A DNA stretch of 64,000 nt. Origin: an uncultured virus (IMG/VR IMGVR_UViG_2706794685_000007). Lineage: Duplodnaviria; Heunggongvirae; Uroviricota; Caudoviricetes. The translations under genes were made by a program, and so were the position numbers. The stretch lies in IMG/VR virus record IMGVR_UViG_2706794685_000007; one strand, 5' to 3'. Of the stretch, positions 48,231 through 57,839 are shown in pieces (the stretch's first letter is position 1; each line of letters starts with the position of its first letter). Under the pieces are notes generated by a model, which ran no database searches, was not told where the DNA came from, and saw only the letters and a list, made by a program, of their open reading frames with translations.

Positions 48231-48620
48231 CTACATCACAGGACAATCATCAAACTCGCCACTTCTTGCGTCGTTGATAATGTGAGTGATCACACCAAAC
48301 ACGGCATTGCTGCCCGTGCATCCATCGTCATCCTTTGGCAATGCTTCCTTCTTACCGGTTCTTAAATCCTCCAGATGCTGACGTGGAGACTTCCGGTATC
48401 TTTTTACGCGATATTCCCCATCCAGAGCGCATACAAGCAGAGAACCATCAACCGGGGTAAGTGAGGAATCAACCACCAGCAATGCACCCTGTAATATTCC
48501 CTCACGATGATGACTATCAGCTGCTCTCATGAAGTAGGTCGCTGAAGGATGTCTAATTATCTGCTGATCAAGAGAAATACGGCTCTCAGCATAATCCGCC
48601 GCAGGAGAAGGGAAGCCCAT
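48231..48620 (-). CDS. UmuD'-like S24-family protein (HumD-like)
   Basis: Starts MGFPSPAADY, matching the post-cleavage N-terminus of UmuD'; HPSATYF, LLVVD, VKR, VFGVITH. Confidence 0.85.
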   Translation of the reverse strand: MGFPSPAADYAESRISLDQQIIRHPSATYFMRAADSHHREGILQGALLVVDSSLTPVDGSLLVCALDGEYRVKRYRKSPRQHLEDLRTGKKEALPKDDDGCTGSNAVFGVITHIINDARSGEFDDCPVM

Positions 48621-48636
48621 AGCGTTTTGCCCTCAA

Positions 48637-48656
48637 TACTGTTCATTTACACAGTA
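48637..48656. promoter_or_regulatory. LexA (SOS) box
   Basis: TACTGTTCATTTACACAGTA = CTG-N10-CAG, 16 bp upstream of the umuD-like start. Confidence 0.85.
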
Positions 48657-48792
48657 TACATGAAAGAAGCTCACTCAGTGCAACTGATCGGTACATAGCA
48701 CCAGACAAAGGAACGTTATTTTCTCGAACAAGAAAAGGTAGAAAACAAATTGTTTAAGGCCACAACTAGTGGCCTTAATGGAGAAGGGATGC

Positions 48793-49317
48793 TTATTGGC
48801 TATGGCTAAAAATCAAATGAGACACTTCATTTGGTTGTAGCTCGTCAAGATCCGGGGCCACAAAACCTTTTCCGAAAGACTTCACAAGTGATTCACCAGC
48901 CGCATCATTGTCACCTATTACGCGAAAGTCATACGGCAGCATTGCCAGTTGACGACGTAATCCTGCTGAGAAAGTCGAACCTAACAGCGCCCACGAATTT
49001 CCGCCCGCGTTGTGCACTGCTGCACTTTTAAAAATCGACTCAGTTATCCATATCGGTCCATCTTTTAAAGGAAGATAGGTTCCCCATAGTAGCTGTCTGC
49101 CGTGCGCTCGTGTGAAATACCGGGCCATCTTCGGATTGCTATGCTGCTTAGGAGCGCCTGGTCTGTATGTCTGATACCCGGCCAACATCCCATCAAACCT
49201 GTATAGAGGGAATGTAACAACTCCTTCGCTTTCATCGATCCACTGTCTATATGGATGCACATCATAGCGGTAGTTACGAGTTAGCAAATGAGCTTCCAGC
49301 TTTCCAAATTTAGTCAT
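48793..49317 (-). CDS. Small Toprim/primase-like protein
   Basis: VTFPLY, GYQTYRP, IWITESIFKS, VIGDND, DLDE. Confidence 0.65.
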   Translation of the reverse strand: MTKFGKLEAHLLTRNYRYDVHPYRQWIDESEGVVTFPLYRFDGMLAGYQTYRPGAPKQHSNPKMARYFTRAHGRQLLWGTYLPLKDGPIWITESIFKSAAVHNAGGNSWALLGSTFSAGLRRQLAMLPYDFRVIGDNDAAGESLVKSFGKGFVAPDLDELQPNEVSHLIFSHSQ

Positions 49318-49330
49318 AACTTCGCATCCC

Positions 49331-50185
49331 TCATAACACTTCCCATTTATCACCATATTTCTCCATAGCTCTTAGCCAATAAACATGGCCACTAGGCATA
49401 GTGATGTGAGGCTCGCCAAACTCTTCTCCATGTACATCAAAGATGTCCCCAACAGAAAATTGGGGGATTTCTGTTCCGTTTTCACCTATATGTGTAATTC
49501 GTATACGTTTCGGTTGGGATTGTCCACCTTTGAGCGAGTTGTTCACTGCTCTGGCAATTTTCTCCCGCAATTGCTGCGTTCCGTGATACGTAACCGCAAT
49601 ATCCCGCAACTCATTCACTAGTTCTCGAATTTGGTGATCTTTAAGCTCATTATTTGGGTGATTGGTAACAACTCTGGTTAATTCCCCATTGTCTTTTGCT
49701 CTTACGTATGCAGCTCTTGTGCATTCGCCCCATGTATTACCGCCTACATTAACTTCGTAGATTAGGCTGGACTTATCTGTCAATTCGGAACAAATACGGG
49801 CCGTGGTCTGGCAACTAGAGCATTCGCAGTTATCGCGGAAACCGTGGTCTACTGGCTTCGGTTTAACATCATCAACTTTTTCTACCCTATTGGAATTTAA
49901 ATACTTCGAAGCCTTGCTATGCCAATCGCTGGTTTTAGGATCTTGTCCATCCATCAAACGCCAGGCTTCAGCTATTAACTCATAACTAGTGACTGTAGCT
50001 TCCTGCGCATCACCAATAAGTCGTGTAATCTCTCTTTCAAGCCGACCGCCTAACTCCGTTTTAGTGCAATGTTCTGACCAATCGCCAGTCTCAAGAAGCG
50101 CGAGAATGCTTAAAATATCGTCCAATAGAACGGTAGTATTATCGACTTCCTTCTGAAACTCACCGGCTACTGATTTATGCATCAT
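49331..50185 (-). CDS. Mosaic phage hypothetical protein
   Basis: Contains CECSSC and a LKDHQIRELVNELRDIA lambdoid module. Confidence 0.6.
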   Translation of the reverse strand: MMHKSVAGEFQKEVDNTTVLLDDILSILALLETGDWSEHCTKTELGGRLEREITRLIGDAQEATVTSYELIAEAWRLMDGQDPKTSDWHSKASKYLNSNRVEKVDDVKPKPVDHGFRDNCECSSCQTTARICSELTDKSSLIYEVNVGGNTWGECTRAAYVRAKDNGELTRVVTNHPNNELKDHQIRELVNELRDIAVTYHGTQQLREKIARAVNNSLKGGQSQPKRIRITHIGENGTEIPQFSVGDIFDVHGEEFGEPHITMPSGHVYWLRAMEKYGDKWEVL

Positions 50186-50403
50186 TCGTCATCCTCATCC
50201 GAGTCATCCTCATCACAGGATGAGAGTAGTGGGTTAGTCATTCGCCCTACTTGAGTGGCGTAGCCACGCCGACAGAGATTGCGCAGCACACTGTATATTT
50301 CGAACATCTCGGTTCGTTCATCGCCAACATCAAGCTCAGATGCTATAGCGTGGCATTCAGTCGCGAGAGCCGATATTTTCTGAAATAACTCTGCTTTATT
50401 CAC
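50182..50403 (-). CDS. Hypothetical protein
   Basis: GTG start (VNKAELFQ), acidic tail. Confidence 0.5.
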   Translation of the reverse strand: MNKAELFQKISALATECHAIASELDVGDERTEMFEIYSVLRNLCRRGYATQVGRMTNPLLSSCDEDDSDEDDE

Positions 50404-50971
50404 TCTTCGACTCCTGCGGAGGTTCTGGTAGCGGCATCCAGTGAGTTGCTTGCTCAATACCATTACCCGGCTTAATCGTTACATCTCCGCGCCGAAAGGT
50501 GATTCCGGTATAGCGTGCGGAGCATATTAGCGGTTCAACCAGAGAGCTATCGAAATTCACCGAAATAAGCACGTTCTGGCCCTTTTCAGGCATTCGCTCA
50601 CTACAGCTTATCCAACCATCCGGAGTTACCGGATGGGGTCCAGCGAACTCGGGAATGTCAGGACCTTTTCTGATAGCTTTAGCCAGATCCAGCGGGTCAT
50701 CGTAAAGCCAGTCGCCAGTTTGTGGGTGATTTGCTTCTGCAAGCTGCGCAGCCCATTCAAGACCATCTTTTTGACCTTGGAGATAATCAAGCGGCAACTC
50801 TTCATGATTACTTGCAGGTTCTGCACTATCAGCTTCGCGCCGCTTCTGTAGCTCTGCTGCCATCGCTCTCACGACTTCAACTGGTGCCCTTGCAGCAAAC
50901 TCTATGTTGGTGATCAGCTCATTAAGATATTGCTCGCCTGGATACTGTTTCTTATCGGTTATAGTGGTCAT
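50396..50971 (-). CDS. DUF551 (Eaa-like) domain protein
   Basis: GWISCSERMPE...ATHWMPLPEPP. Confidence 0.8.
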   Translation of the reverse strand: MTTITDKKQYPGEQYLNELITNIEFAARAPVEVVRAMAAELQKRREADSAEPASNHEELPLDYLQGQKDGLEWAAQLAEANHPQTGDWLYDDPLDLAKAIRKGPDIPEFAGPHPVTPDGWISCSERMPEKGQNVLISVNFDSSLVEPLICSARYTGITFRRGDVTIKPGNGIEQATHWMPLPEPPQESKSE

Positions 50972-50972
50972 A

Positions 50973-51359
50973 TCACTCTCCTTTTCCCTGAAGCATAGCA
51001 GCGCGGCAGGCATTCCAGCCTCTCACCTCTGCAATAGCGGCAACAGCATCAACCGCGTACATGCTAAGAGGATTAGGCATTGGTTTTTCTTCCGGTACTA
51101 CTGGAACGGGTGGAGCGGCGTAGACCTCAATAATTCCATTATCAATAGGCCATTCTCCATCCTTGAGGTAGTCACTTGTGCCGTCAACTTGCTGTTCTGC
51201 AATGTGGAATGCACCTATTGGTTTTGCTTCCAGCGATGCCAGAGCAATTCGTGCCAGTTCTTCCGCTTCTTCTGCTGGCAGTACAACGTTGCTACCAGGT
51301 CCGTATGTTTCGCGCCACTGTTTGATTGTCAGTAGTCGCTCTTTGGTAATAGTGGTCAT
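50973..51359 (-). CDS. Lambdoid Eaa/Ea22-region protein
   Basis: MTTITKERL, ELARIALASLEA, GWNACRAAML. Confidence 0.75.
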   Translation of the reverse strand: MTTITKERLLTIKQWRETYGPGSNVVLPAEEAEELARIALASLEAKPIGAFHIAEQQVDGTSDYLKDGEWPIDNGIIEVYAAPPVPVVPEEKPMPNPLSMYAVDAVAAIAEVRGWNACRAAMLQGKGE

Positions 51360-51369
51360 GTGTTACTCC

Positions 51370-51633
51370 TTAACCCGCAGTGCTTTCAACTGATGAGGGG
51401 AACAAAATCCTTTCATCAAATCCGGCATTCATATCATGGACAGCAACACACCAATCCATCGACGAACGATTATCAAGAGCCTCCATGATTTCATCCATGC
51501 GGCGCAGGTCATACAGGTAAATGCTTTTATCGCCAATGGTGTAAAAACCAATTTTTTTCGGTGATGGGCAGCGATCAAGAACGTCCTGTAATTCGTTCAA
51601 CCATGCCCGTTCTTTTTTTGTTAAAGTTGCCAT
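51370..51633 (-). CDS. Lambdoid hypothetical protein
   Basis: MATLTKKERAWLNELQDVLDRCPS. Confidence 0.65.
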   Translation of the reverse strand: MATLTKKERAWLNELQDVLDRCPSPKKIGFYTIGDKSIYLYDLRRMDEIMEALDNRSSMDWCVAVHDMNAGFDERILFPSSVESTAG

Positions 51634-51634
51634 A

Positions 51635-52156
51635 TCACTCTCCTTTGATGCGAATGCCTGCTGCAATGCTGTTTATGATGCTGTCAGTGCATGGAGTAGA
51701 AAGCTGGGCATCTCCAGCAATTTTCATGACCTCAACATCCGCATATCGAATACCGAGGTGTATCAGACCGGCTATACCTGACTTAAGTCGAACATTTTCC
51801 ATAAACAGATCTTTTTCCCGCTGTTTAGCGGCTTCCAACTCCATCGACAATTTTTCCAACTGCTCTTTATGCTTCTTGTATTCCTGATACGCGTGCCAAG
51901 ACTGACCTTTGCGCACACTATCAGTGATATCAGCAACCTGCTCCGGTGTTAGCGTGGTCAGTGGCTGTGCTGGAAAAATCATCACTTTCCCGGCATCCCA
52001 ATCAAAACCCGCCTGAATTGACTGAACCTCAACTGATGGTGTTGAACCGATGCGACCAGGCGAATGAACAACGATCGTTACATCCATATCGCGACGATGG
52101 CTGTGGTTGTTGGACAAAATACGATTCACCAACTCAGAAAATTTGGAAAATTTCAT
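51635..52156 (-). CDS. Lambdoid hypothetical protein
   Basis: AGFDWDAGK; ends AAGIRIKGE. Confidence 0.65.
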   Translation of the reverse strand: MKFSKFSELVNRILSNNHSHRRDMDVTIVVHSPGRIGSTPSVEVQSIQAGFDWDAGKVMIFPAQPLTTLTPEQVADITDSVRKGQSWHAYQEYKKHKEQLEKLSMELEAAKQREKDLFMENVRLKSGIAGLIHLGIRYADVEVMKIAGDAQLSTPCTDSIINSIAAGIRIKGE

Positions 52157-52476
52157 GCTGATCCCTCTTTCTCTCCCCGGATAATTCTGTTGCACACATC
52201 CACACACTCGTCGCAGATGAAAACGGCGTCCCCAGCAATTAACTTTTTGACGGCGTACTGGGATTTGTTGCAGAAGCTGCAACAAAGTGTTCGCCTGACT
52301 GATAAGGATGGAGCGCCAGATGTCAGCCGCTCCATATCGTTCTTGCGACGCAATATCACACGGCTGAACTCAACCAGTTTCTCCGGGGATATCTCCTCCT
52401 CCGTAGCAAGCGCCTCTAATCGTTCGAGTATGTGGAAGGCTTTTTTCTGGGTAATTGCAGAATGCGATGTGGTCAT
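52153..52476 (-). CDS. Stand-alone ClpX C4 zinc-finger domain protein
   Basis: [34 protein letters not shown]. Confidence 0.85.
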   Translation of the reverse strand: MTTSHSAITQKKAFHILERLEALATEEEISPEKLVEFSRVILRRKNDMERLTSGAPSLSVRRTLCCSFCNKSQYAVKKLIAGDAVFICDECVDVCNRIIRGEKEGSA

Positions 52477-52477
52477 C

Positions 52478-53008
52478 TCACTCTCCTTTGATGCGAATGC
52501 CAGCGGCGCGGGAATCATTCCATCGCTTTACTTCTTCACGAATTACGTCAATGCATTCTTTCGAATCCATTAGGTAATCTTCATCAAAAAGACGTTCCTG
52601 TTCGTTTTCTATCGCAACAATGATTGCTTCAACTAACTTTTGTGCCTGAGAATCACTTTCTAACTCTGCTATGCGCTTACTTCCATCCGAGATAACGCCC
52701 TCGTAATACTCACGCTGCTCGTTGAGTTTTGATTTTGCCAACTCCAGTTGTTTTGTTAGTTCCGCAATACGGCAAACATCGTTGATACGCGTTTCCTCTA
52801 ATGCGTTGATCTCATCCAGTAGTGCCAGCACGGTTTCTGGTCCGGCCAGAAATTTGAAGGCGTTGAGGGCATCAATATCAACACCGCTATCTTTAAGTTC
52901 CTGTTCACTTAACAAGTCATCATCAGCTGGCAACATTAACAGGCGTTCCATTGCTGGAATTGCACGTTCCGCCACCTCACGCAGTGCCTGGTAATTAATT
53001 TCGCTCAC
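52478..53008 (-). CDS. Ead/Ea22-like protein
   Basis: [21 protein letters not shown]; ends AAGIRIKGE. Confidence 0.8.
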   Translation of the reverse strand: MSEINYQALREVAERAIPAMERLLMLPADDDLLSEQELKDSGVDIDALNAFKFLAGPETVLALLDEINALEETRINDVCRIAELTKQLELAKSKLNEQREYYEGVISDGSKRIAELESDSQAQKLVEAIIVAIENEQERLFDEDYLMDSKECIDVIREEVKRWNDSRAAGIRIKGE

Positions 53009-53249
53009 TGGCTGCCTCCTGCTTTTCTGCCTTCAACACCATGCGAGAACCATCATCCAGCTCCCACACTATCTCACCACCTTCAGCCATGACCAGTTGC
53101 CACACCAATTGAGCAGCCTCATTGGTAACATCACGACCTGGATCATTGCCAACGCGCATACGTCCACCTTCAACATCGCGCATTTTTGCCAGCATGATAG
53201 TTTTTGATAGCGGTGAAAAACCAAGCTGTAGTCGTGCTGAATTACTCAC
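52995..53249 (-). CDS. Hypothetical protein
   Basis: LGFSPLSKTI...RDVTNEA. Confidence 0.6.
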   Translation of the reverse strand: MSNSARLQLGFSPLSKTIMLAKMRDVEGGRMRVGNDPGRDVTNEAAQLVWQLVMAEGGEIVWELDDGSRMVLKAEKQEAASERN

Positions 53250-53788
53250 TGGTTGCCTCCTTTGCGAAGCTGGGCAGCAAAGTCAACTAACCACTCAGTC
53301 ATTTCAACCTTCCCTACCAGGTCTGAACCAGGGTGCATACAGCAATCACTCTGCGCCGCTTTGAAATCCTTATACTCATATTCTTGGGCCACCAGATTTT
53401 TTGCAGCTTCTATAGCAGCATCCACCCCCTGCGCACGTACTTCAGCCAGAAAAGCATCGGTGGCTGGAGTCTCCGTTAATTCGCTAACCCAATTATCTCC
53501 GTGTTCCTCGGCACACATCGCATCGAATGCTCGCTCAGATTCTTTCAGGGCTGCATTCTCCGCCGCTAATGCGTCTCTCTGCGCCCGCAACTTCTCAATT
53601 TCGGCAGCCATGTAGTAACCAACCATAGCGAAGACGGCAAAAGAGTTGTCTGCCTCATCAGGCGACACTGAGGCCATTAGCAGACCATCGTAATAATCGT
53701 GACTCCCATTGGTGATCGCCACCTCATAGGAGTCGTGGTTCTCACGCTTGTGAATGAGAACTACGGGGTTTTCGATTTTGTTACTCAT
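53246..53788 (-). CDS. Lambdoid Eae-like protein
   Basis: LAAENAALK, ETPATDAFLAEVRAQGV, FAAQLRKG. Confidence 0.75.
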   Translation of the reverse strand: MSNKIENPVVLIHKRENHDSYEVAITNGSHDYYDGLLMASVSPDEADNSFAVFAMVGYYMAAEIEKLRAQRDALAAENAALKESERAFDAMCAEEHGDNWVSELTETPATDAFLAEVRAQGVDAAIEAAKNLVAQEYEYKDFKAAQSDCCMHPGSDLVGKVEMTEWLVDFAAQLRKGGNQ

Positions 53789-53926
53789 GTGTTTTTCTCT
53801 TCTTTGCTGTTACATAAGCACTACCAAGTGCTGGTTTATTTTCACAAATAAGAAAATGTAGAAAACAATTTATTTAAGGCCACAACTTATGGCCTTTATT
53901 TATTCATGCCGAAGGATTTGTAGCGT

Positions 53927-54307
53927 CTAATTGCCGTATAAAATGGGGTGAGGTGCTTGCCAGTAGGCTCCACCGGTCCATGTGAACCCCATGCGAATAA
54001 GAGTGTTTATTGCGGCTTTGGTAGACTCCGATTCGACACTGGCTTTACGAAACTCTTGAACCTCTTTCGCCAACCTGTATGTAATTGTGCAGGGGACGAT
54101 TGCAGCCCAGCCTTTCTCATGACTGTTAATGACCATCTGGATGTGACCATCCAGAATAGGTTGATTAGACATGTTATTGAAAATGTCTGCCTGTTTTTGA
54201 ATGTGAAGAAAAAGCCTTGCCAGCTCCATTTGCTCACTACGAGACAAGGGATTATCAAGAGGGCTTTTTGCAAAAGCGGCTATACGCTGTGCGTCAATGC
54301 CAAACAT
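53927..54307 (-). CDS. Hypothetical protein
   Basis: Coupled to upstream ORF. Confidence 0.6.
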   Translation of the reverse strand: MFGIDAQRIAAFAKSPLDNPLSRSEQMELARLFLHIQKQADIFNNMSNQPILDGHIQMVINSHEKGWAAIVPCTITYRLAKEVQEFRKASVESESTKAAINTLIRMGFTWTGGAYWQAPHPILYGN

Positions 54308-55011
54308 CAGCGCACCTCACCATCTTTATGGCTGGAGTTAACTTCCGCCATTAAATGTCTGACGTAATCGACAAGAGAGCCACCTGGTGGAATCTGGCAT
54401 TCCTCAACTAACTGGAAGTAGATATCCGCAGCATTACGTGTATTGCTACCCGCGCATATTCTTTCTTCCCGAAGTGCATGAAGCTCGTTGATCAAACGGT
54501 CACACTCTCCGTTACGCTGATCCACAACAGCCTCAAGTTCTGCGACGCGTTCACCTGGCGTCTTACCTTCTTCGCGTTGGATGGTAACGACGAAATCGCC
54601 AATTGCAGGGACGTTGTAATCCAGCTCAAGGTAGTTTTTGGCACCGCTGCGGACGAACTCACCCGCGAACATGGTGGCGAACATCTCAGAGGCCATTGTG
54701 CTGTTGAAAAGTGACTCCAGATCTAACGGAGTCCCGGCAGCCAGAGCCTCTTTTGCTGTATCCATTGTATCCATGAACCGATCAAACTCATTAGCGCGCT
54801 TTTCCAGGTCTTTCCATTGCTCGCTCCAACGTTTGGCAATGAAGTCTATGAATGTTTTCGCGGATTCATCAAAATCCCCCTCAAACTTAACGATGCCTTT
54901 ATCAATAATGATCTGGCCTACCGCATCCTCTGCATAACCTTTCAATGTAAACTTGAAAGGAAAATCAGAATGGCCTGTGACGTTAAAATGCTCTAACTGG
55001 AGGTTGTTCAT
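54307..55011 (-). CDS. Hypothetical protein
   Basis: 234 aa; FEGDFDESAKTF and SGAKNYLE modules. Confidence 0.6.
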   Translation of the reverse strand: MNNLQLEHFNVTGHSDFPFKFTLKGYAEDAVGQIIIDKGIVKFEGDFDESAKTFIDFIAKRWSEQWKDLEKRANEFDRFMDTMDTAKEALAAGTPLDLESLFNSTMASEMFATMFAGEFVRSGAKNYLELDYNVPAIGDFVVTIQREEGKTPGERVAELEAVVDQRNGECDRLINELHALREERICAGSNTRNAADIYFQLVEECQIPPGGSLVDYVRHLMAEVNSSHKDGEVR

Positions 55012-55072
55012 ATGTTTTTCTCTTATCGTTTAGTTATTACATTCTTACACAAATTAAGTAAGTATTTACCTA

Positions 55073-56758
55073 TCATTTAACGCGTTTGAAAACGTATACG
55101 CTGACTGTGATCCCTGTGTCTTCAAACTCGTTGGTAAACGACTTCCCTCTGGCATAAACGTAATTATCCATCGTCATCCAGTCCAGTATTGGCGCAGTGC
55201 CCGGCAATACTGCTACAAGACGCCCGCCGACTTTCAGATGCCCCAGCGCAGCCAGCGTGTGCTCTCTATGACGACCAAGCGAGTACGGCGGGTTCATAAC
55301 GATTTTGTCGAACTGATAACCTGCGTTGTCCTCAGACCACTTTATGAAGTCGCAGCAAATCGTGTTCGTATACCCTTTTCCACGCAGGATATCAGCGAAG
55401 AGAGGTGCGATTTCTATGCAGGTAACATCTTCCAGATCGGCGTTAATATAGGCCAGAAGATCCCCACGTCCGGCTTGAGGCTCCAACAGCTTCTCACCAG
55501 GCTTCAATTCAGTGGCTCTGGCAACGTACTCAGCAATCAAGCGTGGGGTAGGGTAGAACTGGTGTGATTTTGTATCCGGTATTAAACCGGTAGCCACAAT
55601 CGTATTTAGCGTATGGCCGATCTCATACGGGAACTGCCAGTGCTTTTTCTCCTGCACGCCGCCAATGAAGCTCAGTGTGCGCTCAAGCTCTTCCACCTGC
55701 GACTTCTGGAGAGCTGAATCAGAGAAGTACCATACGCCTTTGTCTTTGCTCAATCGCCCGTCACGAAGCGCAGTGCGAACCGGCACGGAGATCGTCTTCT
55801 GGATTAACCCGAACTGCTTTGGTGCCCGTGTTTTTGGCGCAGTTCGGCATGGCGCGGGGATTGCAGCAGGCATACTGTAAGCCAGCACCTCATTCAACTT
55901 CCAGGCCACGTCAGGATGTATTTCAAAGTGAACGTTGCCGTTCTTGAACATCTTCACGCGCATCAGATTTCCATCGACGTTCATCCAGTCACCGGTCTGG
56001 CAGTCGTTTGCCCGATACGCAGCTGATAGCACCTCAGCAGTGCGGTTGATGGTAATAAATTCTTTGTGCGCGAAGAAATGAAGCAAGACACGCAGATCGT
56101 CGATGTAGTCCTCTTTGCGATAGTTCACGCTAACGCTGTCACGCCAGAAATCAGAAATGCAGTCAGCGATTATCAGACGCTCGCTGAAACCGTTTGTCTT
56201 ATTTGTCTTGTGCGCAGGACTCAGCGCCTTAAACAAGCCATACACGCGCTCAGAGAGATATTTGTGCCTGTCATTCAGCAAATTAAGCATCGTTGGTATG
56301 ACCGTTTCTGCTTTGAACTCCGGTACACCAACGAACTCTTTAACCTTCATCTGATAGCCGGTTCTGTCAGTTTTGATGACTTCCTGCTTGCCCTCGATAA
56401 ATAGCTCACGCCACTCGTCGCGACGGGAAGCTGGCATGATCAGCAGAACGTTAGTCATATCCGTAACCTTCCTCCAGTACTCGGCCCAAATATTCTGTTT
56501 CACCCATTCCAGATCGACGTTATCCAGCCAGACTCGATTCAAACGTGAGCGATCTTCATCTGGTCGGTGGTTTAGTCGAAGCAGGCGATTAATCATGTTG
56601 TGGCGTTCATCGCCATAAACGAAGTCGTGTACCTGATACATGAAGGAGATCTCTTTCTCGCACTCGGCCACAATTTCGTGGATGACGTTCATTTCCTGTC
56701 GATAGTCGATAGCAGTGTTTGAGCTGGCATCGCCCATGATGGAAAGGGCTGTATTCAT
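55073..56758 (-). CDS. DUF4942-type domain plus SAM-dependent N6-adenine methyltransferase
   Basis: HQFYPTP, LLEPQAGRG (motif I), IVMNPPY (motif IV); N-terminal HKTNK and MFKNGNVH; probable start MNTALS at 56758. Confidence 0.8.
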   Translation of the reverse strand: MNTALSIMGDASSNTAIDYRQEMNVIHEIVAECEKEISFMYQVHDFVYGDERHNMINRLLRLNHRPDEDRSRLNRVWLDNVDLEWVKQNIWAEYWRKVTDMTNVLLIMPASRRDEWRELFIEGKQEVIKTDRTGYQMKVKEFVGVPEFKAETVIPTMLNLLNDRHKYLSERVYGLFKALSPAHKTNKTNGFSERLIIADCISDFWRDSVSVNYRKEDYIDDLRVLLHFFAHKEFITINRTAEVLSAAYRANDCQTGDWMNVDGNLMRVKMFKNGNVHFEIHPDVAWKLNEVLAYSMPAAIPAPCRTAPKTRAPKQFGLIQKTISVPVRTALRDGRLSKDKGVWYFSDSALQKSQVEELERTLSFIGGVQEKKHWQFPYEIGHTLNTIVATGLIPDTKSHQFYPTPRLIAEYVARATELKPGEKLLEPQAGRGDLLAYINADLEDVTCIEIAPLFADILRGKGYTNTICCDFIKWSEDNAGYQFDKIVMNPPYSLGRHREHTLAALGHLKVGGRLVAVLPGTAPILDWMTMDNYVYARGKSFTNEFEDTGITVSVYVFKRVK

Positions 56759-56784
56759 AATTGCACCATTAAGAAATGATTTGT

Positions 56785-57047
56785 NNNNNNNNNNNNNNNN
56801 NNNNNNNNNNNNNNNNNNNNNNNNNNNNNNNNNNNNNNNNNNNNNNNNNNNNNNNNNNNNNNNNNNNNNNNNNNNNNNNNNNNNNNNNNNNNNNNNNNNN
56901 NNNNNNNNNNNNNNNNNNNNNNNNNNNNNNNNNNNNNNNNNNNNNNNNNNNNNNNNNNNNNNNNNNNNNNNNNNNNNNNNNNNNNNNNNNNNNNNNNNNN
57001 NNNNNNNNNNNNNNNNNNNNNNNNNNNNNNNNNNNNNNNNNNNNNNN
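56785..57047. other. Undetermined sequence (N gap)
   Basis: Run of N. Confidence 1.
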
Positions 57048-57498
57048 TATATACTCCAACCATTGCAGGCATTATCGCACACGGGTATCCCATATTTATG
57101 GTAAATTGAGGATTTGTAATAGTGATAATCTCTGCATCAAGGGGCATCATCTCACCGTGATATACCATTTTACCTGCGCTATTATACATGGCAATACCAT
57201 ATCCTGAATGTGGTAACACCATATCAGAAAAAGCATAAACTGTTATCGTTCCGGGGTTTCCTCCAACCTGATTCAGTCTGAGAACATTATACCCATCTCT
57301 AAATTCATGAACGAACATCATATTCGCCTTATTACTGCTTTTTATAAAGAAAAAACATGATTTGTTCGACGGTATTGAAGTCTTAAAAACAGAACCTTTA
57401 GACGTGGACATTGTCCCCCTATTAATCAAATTTTGCGGTGTAAATTCTGGACTCATCCACACATTACCATTTGACTGAGTAATTGACATCCCGAACAT
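57048..57498 (-). CDS. Probable tail-tip/receptor-binding protein of the type normally downstream of J (3' end in gap)
   Basis: MFGMSITQSNG...ITVYAFS...GYGIAMYNSAGKMVY repeat pattern. Confidence 0.6.
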
Positions 57499-57503
57499 TA
57501 TTG

Positions 57504-57785
57504 TTATCCCCAATATGTATATATATAAGATCCAAGTCCCTTGTATAAATTTGACCAACTTACTGTATTGCCGTTAATAGTGATAGTTGGTGTAGGTATA
57601 TTTACATGGTTATCGTTATTTAAAGGCATCAATGAGCACACAGCATGTAATGATTTGCCAGGTGGTGGATTTGGGTAAGTCTTAGAGCCTGACGTGGTTG
57701 TAAATCGATCAAGAAAAAAAATAGGAGTAAGGAAGCCGGTAACGTTAACTCCCTTATTATTGTAGATCCCTGTACCGTATGCCAT
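57504..57785 (-). CDS. Probable small tail-tip protein of the type normally downstream of J
   Basis: MAYGTGIYNNKG...SGSKTY...PTITINGNTVSWS. Confidence 0.6.
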   Translation of the reverse strand: MAYGTGIYNNKGVNVTGFLTPIFFLDRFTTTSGSKTYPNPPPGKSLHAVCSLMPLNNDNHVNIPTPTITINGNTVSWSNLYKGLGSYIYTYWG

Positions 57786-57839
57786 TTTTCATCCTTGTTT
57801 TTATCAACATAATATGGCCGATCATGCGGCCATATCAGA

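Noticed and set aside
55073..57558. 669-aa and 267-aa ORFs bridging the second gap
   Set aside because: Artefacts of N translation; the methyltransferase probably starts at 56758
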